From IMG/VR virus record IMGVR_UViG_3300020182_000020: a stretch of 64,000 bases of DNA; one strand, given 5' to 3'. Below are positions 26,356 to 36,300 of this stretch, piece by piece (position 1 is the first letter of the stretch; every line of letters begins with the position of its first letter). Made by a program: the position numbers and the translations under genes. This stretch comes from a virus. Under the pieces are notes generated by a model that ran no database searches, was not told the origin of the DNA, and saw only the letters and a list, made by a program, of their open reading frames with translations.

Positions 26356-27815
26356 CAACTCGGGTAGACAATCTAGAAAAGAGAGAAGAAAAATTTGGTA
26401 AAGCTCGAGAATTAACCGAAGGTGTATCAAGAGACGGGTTTGTTGACGCGACAGGAGAGTACTCTAAAAGAGATTACTTCTATGGCAACTCAATCAACAA
26501 AGCAGCCAAAGGCGAGCAGATCAATAGCCTATTTGCTGGTGGTGGAGACTATGGCGTCTCTACAGAATTTCAGGATCAGAAACCTTCAGAATACCCTCAC
26601 AATAAAGTGTCAGAAACAACTTCTGGTCATATCTGGGAAATAGATGACACTCCTGGAGGTGAACGAATACTTCTTAAGCATCGTTCTGGCGCGGGAATAG
26701 AACTTCGTTCAGACGGTTCTGTTCTATTCTCTACTGTTAATAAAAAGGTAGAAGTCACCGGTGGCGATCACACTGTCATCGTTGAAGGCGAAGGCAATCT
26801 TGTGTACAAAGGCAATCTTAATGTTCGTGTTACTGGCGACTATAATTTGTCAGTTGACGGTAACATAAACATTAAAACTGCAGGCAACAAAAAAGAAGAA
26901 ATTAATGGCAACCATATTAAAACGGTTGATCAGAACCAGAACTATGTTGTCAAAGGGTCAAGGAACTCGCAAGTTGTTGCAACCAACACAGATACTATAC
27001 TTGGGGACAACAACCTACTTGTAAAAGGTGAGCAAAAAAATCTTGTGGAAGGCCCTGCTAAATTTTTTGCTAGTGACATAAAACAAACCGCCAGCGGTGA
27101 ATGGACGGTTTCTGCCAGCATAGCTAATCTTACTGCTATCGATATCTCCATGGTGGGATTAAAAGGAACCATTGGTGGCCAGCTGGTCGATCATTATGGT
27201 AAAATGTTTGGTGGTCCTCCTACTGGATTAGGTAATGGGGGTACAACTTTCTATGGTACTTTGGTCGGTAAAGCACAAGAAGCTATCACAGCAGATTTTG
27301 CTAACATGGCTGGTTATGCTCGAAGAGCTAGAACAGCGAGAGCAGAAAGGGGTTCTGCAGATGGCGCAACGGCCAGCGGGTTTAGAGGATACTATCCTAC
27401 CTTTCAACCATTTGTTCCCGTGCCTCCGACAACAGTTATGCCCAACGCAGCAATTGTTTTACCGTGGCTTACTAAATCTGACTATGCAATTCGCGGTGTG
27501 AAAGTCGACACGACAATTGATGATCCAAATTCGTTACTGTCTAAAATTCTTAAAACAGACGATTATGATAATTTTTTCAACCGAGATCCAACCATACAAG
27601 AGATTAGATCTAAACTACGGTCCAAGAGCGCTTTTGAAAACACCAAGTTCACCGGAAACCTTGTAGCGTCTGGATTACTTAATTCTGAGTTTGCAAATAT
27701 TGTTCCCAAGAAAAGCGGAAGGGCTGAAAAGAAAACACCTTCTTTACGGTTTGGAAACACAGTAATAGGTAACAATCCAGCAGAAACGTTAAGCAAAAGG
27801 TTTAAACCACAATGA
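26352..27815 (+). CDS. gp5 C-terminal part (central spike beta-helix)
   Basis: YPHNKV.ET.SGH..EIDDTPGGERI..KHRSG and V.G.......V.G repeats. Confidence 0.8.
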   Translation: MTTRVDNLEKREEKFGKARELTEGVSRDGFVDATGEYSKRDYFYGNSINKAAKGEQINSLFAGGGDYGVSTEFQDQKPSEYPHNKVSETTSGHIWEIDDTPGGERILLKHRSGAGIELRSDGSVLFSTVNKKVEVTGGDHTVIVEGEGNLVYKGNLNVRVTGDYNLSVDGNINIKTAGNKKEEINGNHIKTVDQNQNYVVKGSRNSQVVATNTDTILGDNNLLVKGEQKNLVEGPAKFFASDIKQTASGEWTVSASIANLTAIDISMVGLKGTIGGQLVDHYGKMFGGPPTGLGNGGTTFYGTLVGKAQEAITADFANMAGYARRARTARAERGSADGATASGFRGYYPTFQPFVPVPPTTVMPNAAIVLPWLTKSDYAIRGVKVDTTIDDPNSLLSKILKTDDYDNFFNRDPTIQEIRSKLRSKSAFENTKFTGNLVASGLLNSEFANIVPKKSGRAEKKTPSLRFGNTVIGNNPAETLSKRFKPQ

Positions 27816-29035
27816 GCACACCAATTTTATTTGGATCACCAAGAGCACAAAAGAATTACATCAGACCTCGATTTGAAGGATTAGCGCCAAGGACAACACC
27901 GATTGGATATAACAAAGACCAATCTGTAGAACGCGCCCCCATTCTTCCACCGCCACCACCGCCCATTGCAACTGGGTATACTGGTTGGTTTCAGAGGACC
28001 GTTGACGGTGTCAACAGCTTCTCCGAAGTATCAATTGAAAATTATATAGCAGCGAGCGACACCATGACAGCGAGTTCAATTAATGTGGCTCCACAAGCTC
28101 CACCTGGATTAGAACCAACATGGGAATCGACGTGGGTGGGCACCTTTTTTGGGACTTCTGCAGTGCAAAACGGTTCTAATACTCATGGATATCTCCATGT
28201 CCGGAGCACGGCCGAGCCGAACTTAAACTTATTTCAAATTCCGCAAATGACATTTTTTGCTTATGCAAATGCAACAACACAAAATAACTTGAATGATATA
28301 GGGCCAGGCAGTGCCACACAGAAACAAGTAGGAGTAAACGACAAGGCTAACGGTTATGGGTTGAGGATTATCGGAGCAGATAATCTAAATAATGCAATTT
28401 TTAATGTGACAAGGTTTCCATTTGCAAGTGATACCTTTACTAACAACGGTAGTGCTGTAGGACAGGTTGTTCCAGGCATAACAGATACAAGCCCAGACAA
28501 CGTGAATGGCAGAAGAGACGCCATGGCTACTCAAGACTTAAACGCGGCTTTTTATGTTGGTGGAACGGGTGCACCTTTTGCTTCGATTATTCCTTTTACA
28601 GGAACTGTTATTAAATTTCCCTTTGCTAATTATGCTGAAGATACGCGCTTGACAGGATTAGACCCTTGGGGACCAAGTCCGTCAGAGGCTTTTCAGGGTA
28701 CTGGTGTTTCTAGCACGACTCATGGTTATTCTCTTGGGGGAGTAGTGATTCCTGTTCCTACAACGAATACAGATGTCATGCAGAAATATCCTTTTACCGC
28801 AGAAGGTGATGTTGGTTCTAGTAACGTTGGAAATCTATCCATAGCGGTGAATAGAGGTCATGGTTCTGCAACAAACTCGACTGGATATCTCTCTGGCGGT
28901 TGGAGTATCGCGCCTCAGTCTACGCCTATACAAACAATACAAGCGTTTCCTTTTGCTAGTGATACTACAACTACAGGAGTAAGCAATATATTAAGGACTC
29001 ATTCGGAATGGGGCAGAGGAACTTCAGAGGCGTAA
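27812..29035 (+). CDS. Kelch-like 'FPFA' repeat protein, paralog of the 54-64 kb array
   Basis: Repeated GY..GG...(R/K)FPFAS; Pro-rich N-terminus. Confidence 0.55.
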   Translation: MSTPILFGSPRAQKNYIRPRFEGLAPRTTPIGYNKDQSVERAPILPPPPPPIATGYTGWFQRTVDGVNSFSEVSIENYIAASDTMTASSINVAPQAPPGLEPTWESTWVGTFFGTSAVQNGSNTHGYLHVRSTAEPNLNLFQIPQMTFFAYANATTQNNLNDIGPGSATQKQVGVNDKANGYGLRIIGADNLNNAIFNVTRFPFASDTFTNNGSAVGQVVPGITDTSPDNVNGRRDAMATQDLNAAFYVGGTGAPFASIIPFTGTVIKFPFANYAEDTRLTGLDPWGPSPSEAFQGTGVSSTTHGYSLGGVVIPVPTTNTDVMQKYPFTAEGDVGSSNVGNLSIAVNRGHGSATNSTGYLSGGWSIAPQSTPIQTIQAFPFASDTTTTGVSNILRTHSEWGRGTSEA

Positions 29036-29039
29036 TATA

Positions 29040-29624
29040 ATGATTATTTTACCAGACCCAGTATACAACCCTAACTTTCTTTCGTCTATCACGTCTTCGA
29101 CAAAACTTGGTCCAGGAGTTACTCTTGCTAAGTTCCTTGGCGCTCCAGGTTCTCGGTTACAATTCGAACGCATCTCTGGCGACAGAAATCAAATTGCAAG
29201 AAATCTTTATCTGCAGACAGAGATAATAAGAGCAACAATTGATAACCTGCAATTTAACGATCATAGATTAATTGTTGCCGAAGGATTGTATGTTCCTTCC
29301 TTTAATGAGGCTGTGACTGAAAATGATATCAACAAAGACAAACAAACAGGGCGCGCTGTTGTCTATCAACTTATAGGTAAAAATGGCGAAATTGATCATG
29401 AGAAAACATTTGATTTAGCGCTTTATTGGAAAGATTATACTCACTACGATAAACTTGTTTTAGACTATGATACTTTTGATCCTTCTGGTAACCTCTCAAG
29501 TCAAATAATTCTCGTTGTTCCTTCTTGTCCCGAATCTTTTGATGTCAGTCCTCGCGGAGAAGTTGAAACAGTTTTTAATCAGAAACTTATGACTAGAAAC
29601 GAATTGGTCGAATTTGGCATATAA
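29040..29624 (+). CDS. Conserved baseplate-region hypothetical protein
   Basis: 194-aa ORF just upstream of gp25. Confidence 0.55.
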   Translation: MIILPDPVYNPNFLSSITSSTKLGPGVTLAKFLGAPGSRLQFERISGDRNQIARNLYLQTEIIRATIDNLQFNDHRLIVAEGLYVPSFNEAVTENDINKDKQTGRAVVYQLIGKNGEIDHEKTFDLALYWKDYTHYDKLVLDYDTFDPSGNLSSQIILVVPSCPESFDVSPRGEVETVFNQKLMTRNELVEFGI

Positions 29625-29627
29625 ATA
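29620..29627 (+). promoter_or_regulatory. T4-type late promoter TATAAATA
   Basis: Exact consensus 6 nt before the gp25 ATG. Confidence 0.7.
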
Positions 29628-29633
29628 ACTTCC

Positions 29634-30077
29634 ATGGCAAAAGTATTATCAACAGAAGATCAAGAGCTCTCGGGTAAGAGTATTACGACGACTCGAAATA
29701 GGGTTTATAAAGATATAGACCTTTCTTTAGCTAAAAATACTACTACTAACGATATCTTTAAAAAACAAGACGCTGCAGCAGTGAAACAAGCAGTAATGAA
29801 TTTGATACAAACAGGTCGATTTGAGAAACCATTCAGACCTTCGTTTGGCGCCAACATTACAAATCAGTTGTTTGAATTATCCGCGAGCGAAACGGCAACA
29901 GACTTAGAATATCAAATAAAAACGTCAATAGAAAGGTTCGAGCCAAGAGCAAAGGTTCGAGAATTAATTGTTAATAGTAATCCAGACCGAAATTATATAT
30001 CTGTTTTTTTAGAATTTCAAATATTAAATACATCAGAAATTGTATCATTTGAAACATCACTATCAAGGTTGAGATAA
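29634..30077 (+). CDS. gp25: Baseplate wedge protein gp25
   Basis: YKDIDLS, AVKQAVMNLI.T..FEKPFRP.FG, IERFEPRA. Confidence 0.9.
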   Translation: MAKVLSTEDQELSGKSITTTRNRVYKDIDLSLAKNTTTNDIFKKQDAAAVKQAVMNLIQTGRFEKPFRPSFGANITNQLFELSASETATDLEYQIKTSIERFEPRAKVRELIVNSNPDRNYISVFLEFQILNTSEIVSFETSLSRLR

Positions 30078-31874
30078 ATGGCAACAACAATACAATCAAC
30101 AAGTTTAGACTTTCAGGCGATCAAAGATAACCTGAAAAGATTTTATCAACAAGGTGGTGAGTTCACTGATTATAATTTTGAAGCGTCTGGCCTTTCTAAC
30201 ATTCTTGATGTTCTTGCGTACAACACTCATTACAATGGGTTGACCGCAAACTTTGCTCTTAATGAATCATTTCTATCAACAGCACAACTTCGTTCTTCTG
30301 TTGTTGGTCTTTCTACTGCGATAGGCTACACTCCAAGGTCTAGGTCTGGCGCGTTCGCGCTTGTAGCTTTATCGTTTAATAAAGTAGGAGGCGCTTCTCA
30401 ATATACAATGCCGGCAGGATTTACCTTTACTTCGACTGTTGATTCGCAGACCTATACTTTTCAAACAAGAGATTCTCTAATAACTAACAAGGTCGGCAAC
30501 CTCTATACGTTTAATTTAGACGGTGATGAAAATATTAAAATTACCGAAGGCGTTCCGAGCAGTAAAGTTTTTACTGCTGGTCCTGCTGCTGAGAATGATG
30601 TCTATATCATTCCAGACGCGAACTTAGACCTTGGTACGGTTACTGTTAAGGTTTATCCTACCGCTTCGTCGGGCGCGTTTACGACTTATACGAACATAAA
30701 CGATTCGACTACGATTACTTCTTCCTCGACTATCTATGCGATTCGAGAAGCGCCTAATGGTTTCTACGAACTGACGTTTAGTAATGGTTCTTCGCTGGGT
30801 CAAACACCGGCGCCTGGTAATAAAATCGAAGTCTCTTATCTTTCTGTTAACGGTTTTGACGCGAATGGCGCTTTAACCTTTAGCCCAGACACTCAGTTTG
30901 AGGGCGAAGACTTAAGCGTTGTGACAGTCGCCAATTCTGCTTCTGGCGCTGAAAAAGAATCTATTGATTCTATTAGGCAGAATGCTCCTTTCTTATGGGG
31001 GAGTCAAAACCGTATGGTAACTGCAGCAGATTACTCTACGCTTATATTAAGAAAATACTCTTCGCTTATTGATGACATACAGTCATGGGGAGGTGAAGAC
31101 AATATTCCTACCAACTATGGTAATGTTTATATTTCAATCAAATATAAAGACGGTATTCTACCGGCAGTAGAAACCCAGAATAAAAAAGAAATAACGGCGC
31201 TGGTACAAGATTTGTCTATAGCTTCATTTAATGTTGTGTTTGTAAATCCAATCGAAACCTTTATCGAAATTGAGAATACGTTTCAGTTTAATCCTAAGTT
31301 GACAACGTTGAGTAATACTGCGGCAGAAGCTGCAGCGAAGACAGCAATTAGTAATTATTTCTCTGCTAATCTTGGGGGATTTGGGCAAACGTTCAGACGT
31401 TCAAATATGCTTACTACTATTGATGAAGCAGACCCAGCAATTCTTTCTAGTAGAGCAGAAGTGGCAATGCAGCAAAGATTAACTCCTGGGAACAACATTG
31501 CAATTGCTACGGAATACTTATTACAGTTTCCTGCTGCAATTGCTGGAACTTCAAAAGACCAATACACTATCACAAGTTCTGTATTTAATTTTAATTCAAC
31601 AACTTGCACTCTAAGAAATTTACTAGGGTCAAATGTAATTCAGATTGTTTCTAACGCCAACCAAGTTATTGTCAATAACGTCGGCCAATATGATGCAGGA
31701 TCTGGATTAATTGTTTTAAATGGGTTTGCTCCTACTTCTATTCCAGGATCTTCTTTTATACGTGTTCTAGCTATACCTTCAAATCAGGGGTCTATCACAC
31801 CATTAAGAAATAACCTTTTAACCTTTGATGATGTAAATTCATCTTCACGAGCTATCCTTACTACATCGAAATAA
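30078..31874 (+). CDS. gp6: Baseplate wedge protein gp6
   Basis: LDFQAIK.NL, F.DYNFE.SGLS.ILDVLAYNTHY, FL.TAQLRSSV, ESIDSIR..AP, Q.RMVTA.DY. Confidence 0.92.
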   Translation: MATTIQSTSLDFQAIKDNLKRFYQQGGEFTDYNFEASGLSNILDVLAYNTHYNGLTANFALNESFLSTAQLRSSVVGLSTAIGYTPRSRSGAFALVALSFNKVGGASQYTMPAGFTFTSTVDSQTYTFQTRDSLITNKVGNLYTFNLDGDENIKITEGVPSSKVFTAGPAAENDVYIIPDANLDLGTVTVKVYPTASSGAFTTYTNINDSTTITSSSTIYAIREAPNGFYELTFSNGSSLGQTPAPGNKIEVSYLSVNGFDANGALTFSPDTQFEGEDLSVVTVANSASGAEKESIDSIRQNAPFLWGSQNRMVTAADYSTLILRKYSSLIDDIQSWGGEDNIPTNYGNVYISIKYKDGILPAVETQNKKEITALVQDLSIASFNVVFVNPIETFIEIENTFQFNPKLTTLSNTAAEAAAKTAISNYFSANLGGFGQTFRRSNMLTTIDEADPAILSSRAEVAMQQRLTPGNNIAIATEYLLQFPAAIAGTSKDQYTITSSVFNFNSTTCTLRNLLGSNVIQIVSNANQVIVNNVGQYDAGSGLIVLNGFAPTSIPGSSFIRVLAIPSNQGSITPLRNNLLTFDDVNSSSRAILTTSK

Positions 31875-31895
31875 ATAAAGAAAAAGAGAAGATAA

Positions 31896-33353
31896 ATGAC
31901 GGCGAAAGTAACAAACAGCTTAAAACAAACTCTAGGGAAGCTTCTAGAGACTAGTGTTGATAGCGATGCTACAGAATTATATTACATGGCTCTTGGAAGA
32001 AGCTTGAGTTGGGATCCTTCTGATACACCTCCTGTTATTGCCGACTCGGACGTGAATTCATTAGCGTTTCAACGAAAAGTAAGACACGGATTACAGTCAT
32101 ATAAAGTTGTCTCTGGTTCTAATATGATTGTCGATAGAGTTAATTGGACTAATTCAATATATTATGCATATGATGACGCAGAAACAAATCAAACAACAAA
32201 CCATTATGTTGTGAACTCTGCGGGCCAGGTATTTCTTTGTCTCGAACAAGGGAAAGACGCTTCAGGGAACGCTGTGTCTTCTGATATCGAACCTTCGGCA
32301 TCACTAAGATATTATCACGAAGCGGCTCGCCCAAACGGTATCGGCAATAATAATGGAAACTTTTCATTCAGAACGGCCGACACAGGAGCTGCCATAGGAC
32401 AAGGTTACTTGTGGCAATACTTATACAAGCCTTCTTTAAACGACGTCAATAGATATGCTACTCTGTCTTTATATCCAGTAAAGAAAGTGGTTCCAACAGT
32501 CGGACTATTGCCTCAAGACAGTGACAATTTAGACCTACAAAACGCGTCTATTGGTGGACAAGTCTTGAGTATTATGTTAGACTCAGTTGGTTATGGATAT
32601 ACAGGAACTCCATCAGTGTCAATAACCGGTAATGGTTCGGGCGCGGCGTTTCTTGCTTCTGTAAGTGGCGGAGTTGTTCAGAATGTATATATGGATTCAG
32701 CTCATGGTCTAACAGCACACGGGTCTGGTTATAATTTTGCTACAGTTACTTTTACTGGCGGTAGTCCTGCCGTCCCAGCAGTTGGTCGAGCAGTACTTGG
32801 TCCTAAAAATGGCCCGACCGCAGACCCTGTTCAAACTCTGCGCGCTAACAGATTGATGGTTCAGGGCGTTTTTGAAGACGACGAGTCGGGTAGTATTCTG
32901 ATCGAAAACGATTTCCGACAAGTAGCTATCATCTCTAATCCCACACAATACGGTTCTACAGTACCATATACAGGCAACACAGCTCAGGCGCTGCAGATAT
33001 TAGTCTTTCAAGCGGGTGCGACTGCATTTGTTGAGGATGTTTATTTTAAACAAAACGATGCACAAGGTATTGTTGTACATTGGGACGCCGCGTCCAATCA
33101 TCTTTATTTTTATCAGAACGAAGAAACCGGCTTTGGAGCTTTTGTAAATGCTGACGCTGTTACTGCTTTGACTGGTTTAAACGGAGCACCAAATACTAGT
33201 AACGGATCCGGCAGTGTTGCAAATTCAGGTCCTGCTGTCATTCAACCTAGTATAGATCGGTATTCTGGGGATATGCTATATATTCATAACCAAGTAGATG
33301 TTTCTAGAGCAATCAACCAAACAGAAGATGTTAAATTAATTATCAGTTTTTAG
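31896..33353 (+). CDS. gp8: Baseplate wedge protein gp8-like
   Basis: YMALGRSLSW, YVVNS..QVFLCL, GYLWQYLY, NDFRQVAII.NP, SGDMLYI...R...QTEDVKLIISF. Confidence 0.8.
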   Translation: MTAKVTNSLKQTLGKLLETSVDSDATELYYMALGRSLSWDPSDTPPVIADSDVNSLAFQRKVRHGLQSYKVVSGSNMIVDRVNWTNSIYYAYDDAETNQTTNHYVVNSAGQVFLCLEQGKDASGNAVSSDIEPSASLRYYHEAARPNGIGNNNGNFSFRTADTGAAIGQGYLWQYLYKPSLNDVNRYATLSLYPVKKVVPTVGLLPQDSDNLDLQNASIGGQVLSIMLDSVGYGYTGTPSVSITGNGSGAAFLASVSGGVVQNVYMDSAHGLTAHGSGYNFATVTFTGGSPAVPAVGRAVLGPKNGPTADPVQTLRANRLMVQGVFEDDESGSILIENDFRQVAIISNPTQYGSTVPYTGNTAQALQILVFQAGATAFVEDVYFKQNDAQGIVVHWDAASNHLYFYQNEETGFGAFVNADAVTALTGLNGAPNTSNGSGSVANSGPAVIQPSIDRYSGDMLYIHNQVDVSRAINQTEDVKLIISF

Positions 33354-33361
33354 GATAGAAA

Positions 33362-36300
33362 ATGCCAAACACATTTAATTCGAGCACTTTATCTGGAACG
33401 TATAAAGACGACTGGAATGATAGCGATGGGTATCATCAAATATTATTCAATAGTGGTCGTGCACTACAAGCCAGAGAATTAACTCAACTACAGACAATCA
33501 TCCAAGAAGAGATTTCTAGGCACGGTAAAAATGTCTTTAAAGAAGGTTCGCGGGTTTCGGCAGGTGGTATTACTATCGATAATCAAATTCGATATGTAAA
33601 AATATCTACTGTTGGTGGCGGGACTTTCGCTGATATTCCTGTCGGTACTCTGTTCACCGGATCCACTAGTGGTTACACTGCTCGCGTTTTAGACGTTAAA
33701 GCTGCTGGTGTGGATGGCTATGCAACTGATACTTTGTATTTACGATATGTAGGAGCAAACACAGTTTCTCCTGCGGGCTCAACGGCTCTGTTTATAAACA
33801 CAGAAACATTAACAGGCGGTAACTACACACTCACTGTTGGAAATGATACAGACTCTGTTGGTGTTGGCACCAAGATAACTGTTGCCGAAGGCGACTGGTT
33901 TGTTCTGGGGCACTTTGTTCATTCACCAGAACAGACATTATACCTTTCTCCATACACGCAGACAGCAAACGGCGAGATTGTTTATGAAGTCGTTGAAGAC
34001 GTTGTTACCGTTAATGACACAACTTCTCTTTATGATAACACAGGCGGTTCGCCTAATTTGGCCTCTCCAGGCGCAGACCGATACCGTATTCGTTTAACGC
34101 TTAAAGACCAGATTAATGTTACTGTTGGTGCTACTCAGTGCTTTATTTGTAGTGTAGAAAACTCAACAATCACTAAACAAGCCACAACCTTAGAGAGCTA
34201 CAACAAGATAAACGAGTTGCTTGCTCTCAGAACAAACGAAGAGTCTGGCGATTACATTGTTAATCCATTTAGCATACATTTTAGAGATGATGTAATAGGC
34301 GACTCGAATTTAGATCTCATTGTTTCTCCTGGAACTGCGTACATTAACGGTTACAGGGTTTCTAACAGTCATCCTGTTAGATTATCAGTACCTCGATCGA
34401 CAAGAACACAATTGGTCAATAATCAAGCAATTCCTTATACAAATGGTAGCTTTATTATTTCAGACGTAAGTAGAGGCGCGCCATTTGCTTCTACAACATT
34501 AGCTACGGTTGACATTCGCGATACAATTGCTTATGGTGGTTCTACTATTGGTACCTGCCGCGTTAAAGCGATTGACAACACGCCAGACGGTCGGGTTCGG
34601 GTATATCTCTTTGATGTGCAAATGAACGCAGGTCAAAGTTTTCGTACAGCCAGATCAATCGGCAACAGCGCTACAGACTACTGGGATATAGATCTTGAAA
34701 CTGATGCTGCTGTTATTAAAGAAGCTGGCCGAAACGATATGTTTATTGTCTTGCCAAGACCTCGTCCTCAAAATATCACGGACATTAATATAACAACGCA
34801 AAGACAATTTACTTCAGCGGCGGCAAGCGGCAACCAAGTAACAATTACTGGTTTAAGCGCTAATCAAAGTTTTGTCGACACTGATCGCTGGATTGTTGCT
34901 GGAGCAGACGAACAATTTAAGACAACCCCAACAATTATTTCTAACACAGGAACTTCTGTTGTTATTGGCGGTTTGACAAACGGTAAAGTCTATCAGGTTT
35001 ATGCATATGTTAATGACACATCCGGTGCTGCAAGAACGAAAACTCTTGTCTCGGTAACGAACGCCGGAACATTAACCACTGATCCTGAGGGATTCAAATA
35101 CTTTGACATTGGGTATACTGATGTTAAAGAAGTAACTCGTCTACGAACTACAGACTCTGACGGAGTCGATATTTCTTCTAACTTTGTTCTGGATAACGGG
35201 CAAAGAGATAACTACTATGGTCGTGGTCGAGTCATTCTGAAGAATGGAATTGCAGATCCAGGAACTGTCTTTATTCGAGTCAATCACTACTCGCACAGCG
35301 CTACAGGTAATTTTTATGATGCGACTTCATATCCTGATGAGTATGAAGACATTCCATCACATAGAAAGTCGAATGGTGAAGTTGTTCCTCTGCGTAATGT
35401 CTTAGATTTTCGTCCAGACTTTGATGGTACCACCTTCACTGAGTTTGGTGGTGATCAAGAGATCGAATTACCAAGAAGCGGCGACTTCCTCAGCGCAGAC
35501 GTAAGATACTATACACCACGAGCAGATAAGCTATTGGTGACACAAGAGGGCGACTTCAAACTGTTAATGGGTGTTCAGGCTGAGAATCCTCAGTTTAAAG
35601 AAACCCCAGAAAATTCTCTTGAGTTGTACAAGCTGATTTTAAATGGTTACACAGACGGTCCATTAGACCTGACCGCAACACCAATCGAGCACAAACTTTA
35701 TACAATGAAGGATATCAATAAGCTCGAGCTGCAGCTTAACAGCTTCCAAGAAGAAACACGATTGTCGTTACTTGAGTTGGAAGCAAAATTAGATACAATG
35801 TTTGATTCTGCTGGCATTGAGAGAATCGTTTCTGGTCTTCTGGTAGATGATTTTGACGATCAATCACAAACAGATACGACACACGTTGATCACACTGCAT
35901 CACTGGATCCGGAAAGCCGATCTATCAGAGCAGGATTTGAAGCAAACAATATTCGTTTGATTTACGATTCTGCTGTTTCAAGCGGTATGAAGCCTACTGC
36001 TACAACCGGCGACCTTGTTACCTTGAATTTCGTTGACGAAGAATGGCAGAAACAAGAGCTCGCTTCAAGAGTTCAAAAGGTTAATCCTGCAGGTTTAATT
36101 CGAAACATTGGTTGTTTAATGTTATCGCCCTCAAGCGATGAGTGGAAAGATCAGAAAGCAAAAACAAACTATGCAGTTCCTGGAACAACTTCTATCGATA
36201 CGCAACAAGCGTATCTCTGGAATGAGTGGCAGTGGAACTGGGGCGGAAGAGCTGCAGAAAATTTTGATACCGGTGCTTATTGCGGAAAGGGTCTCTCATC

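Noticed and set aside
29040-29624. M15-type peptidase as a third wall hydrolase
   Set aside because: Only a vague N-terminal resemblance; no zinc-binding motif found.
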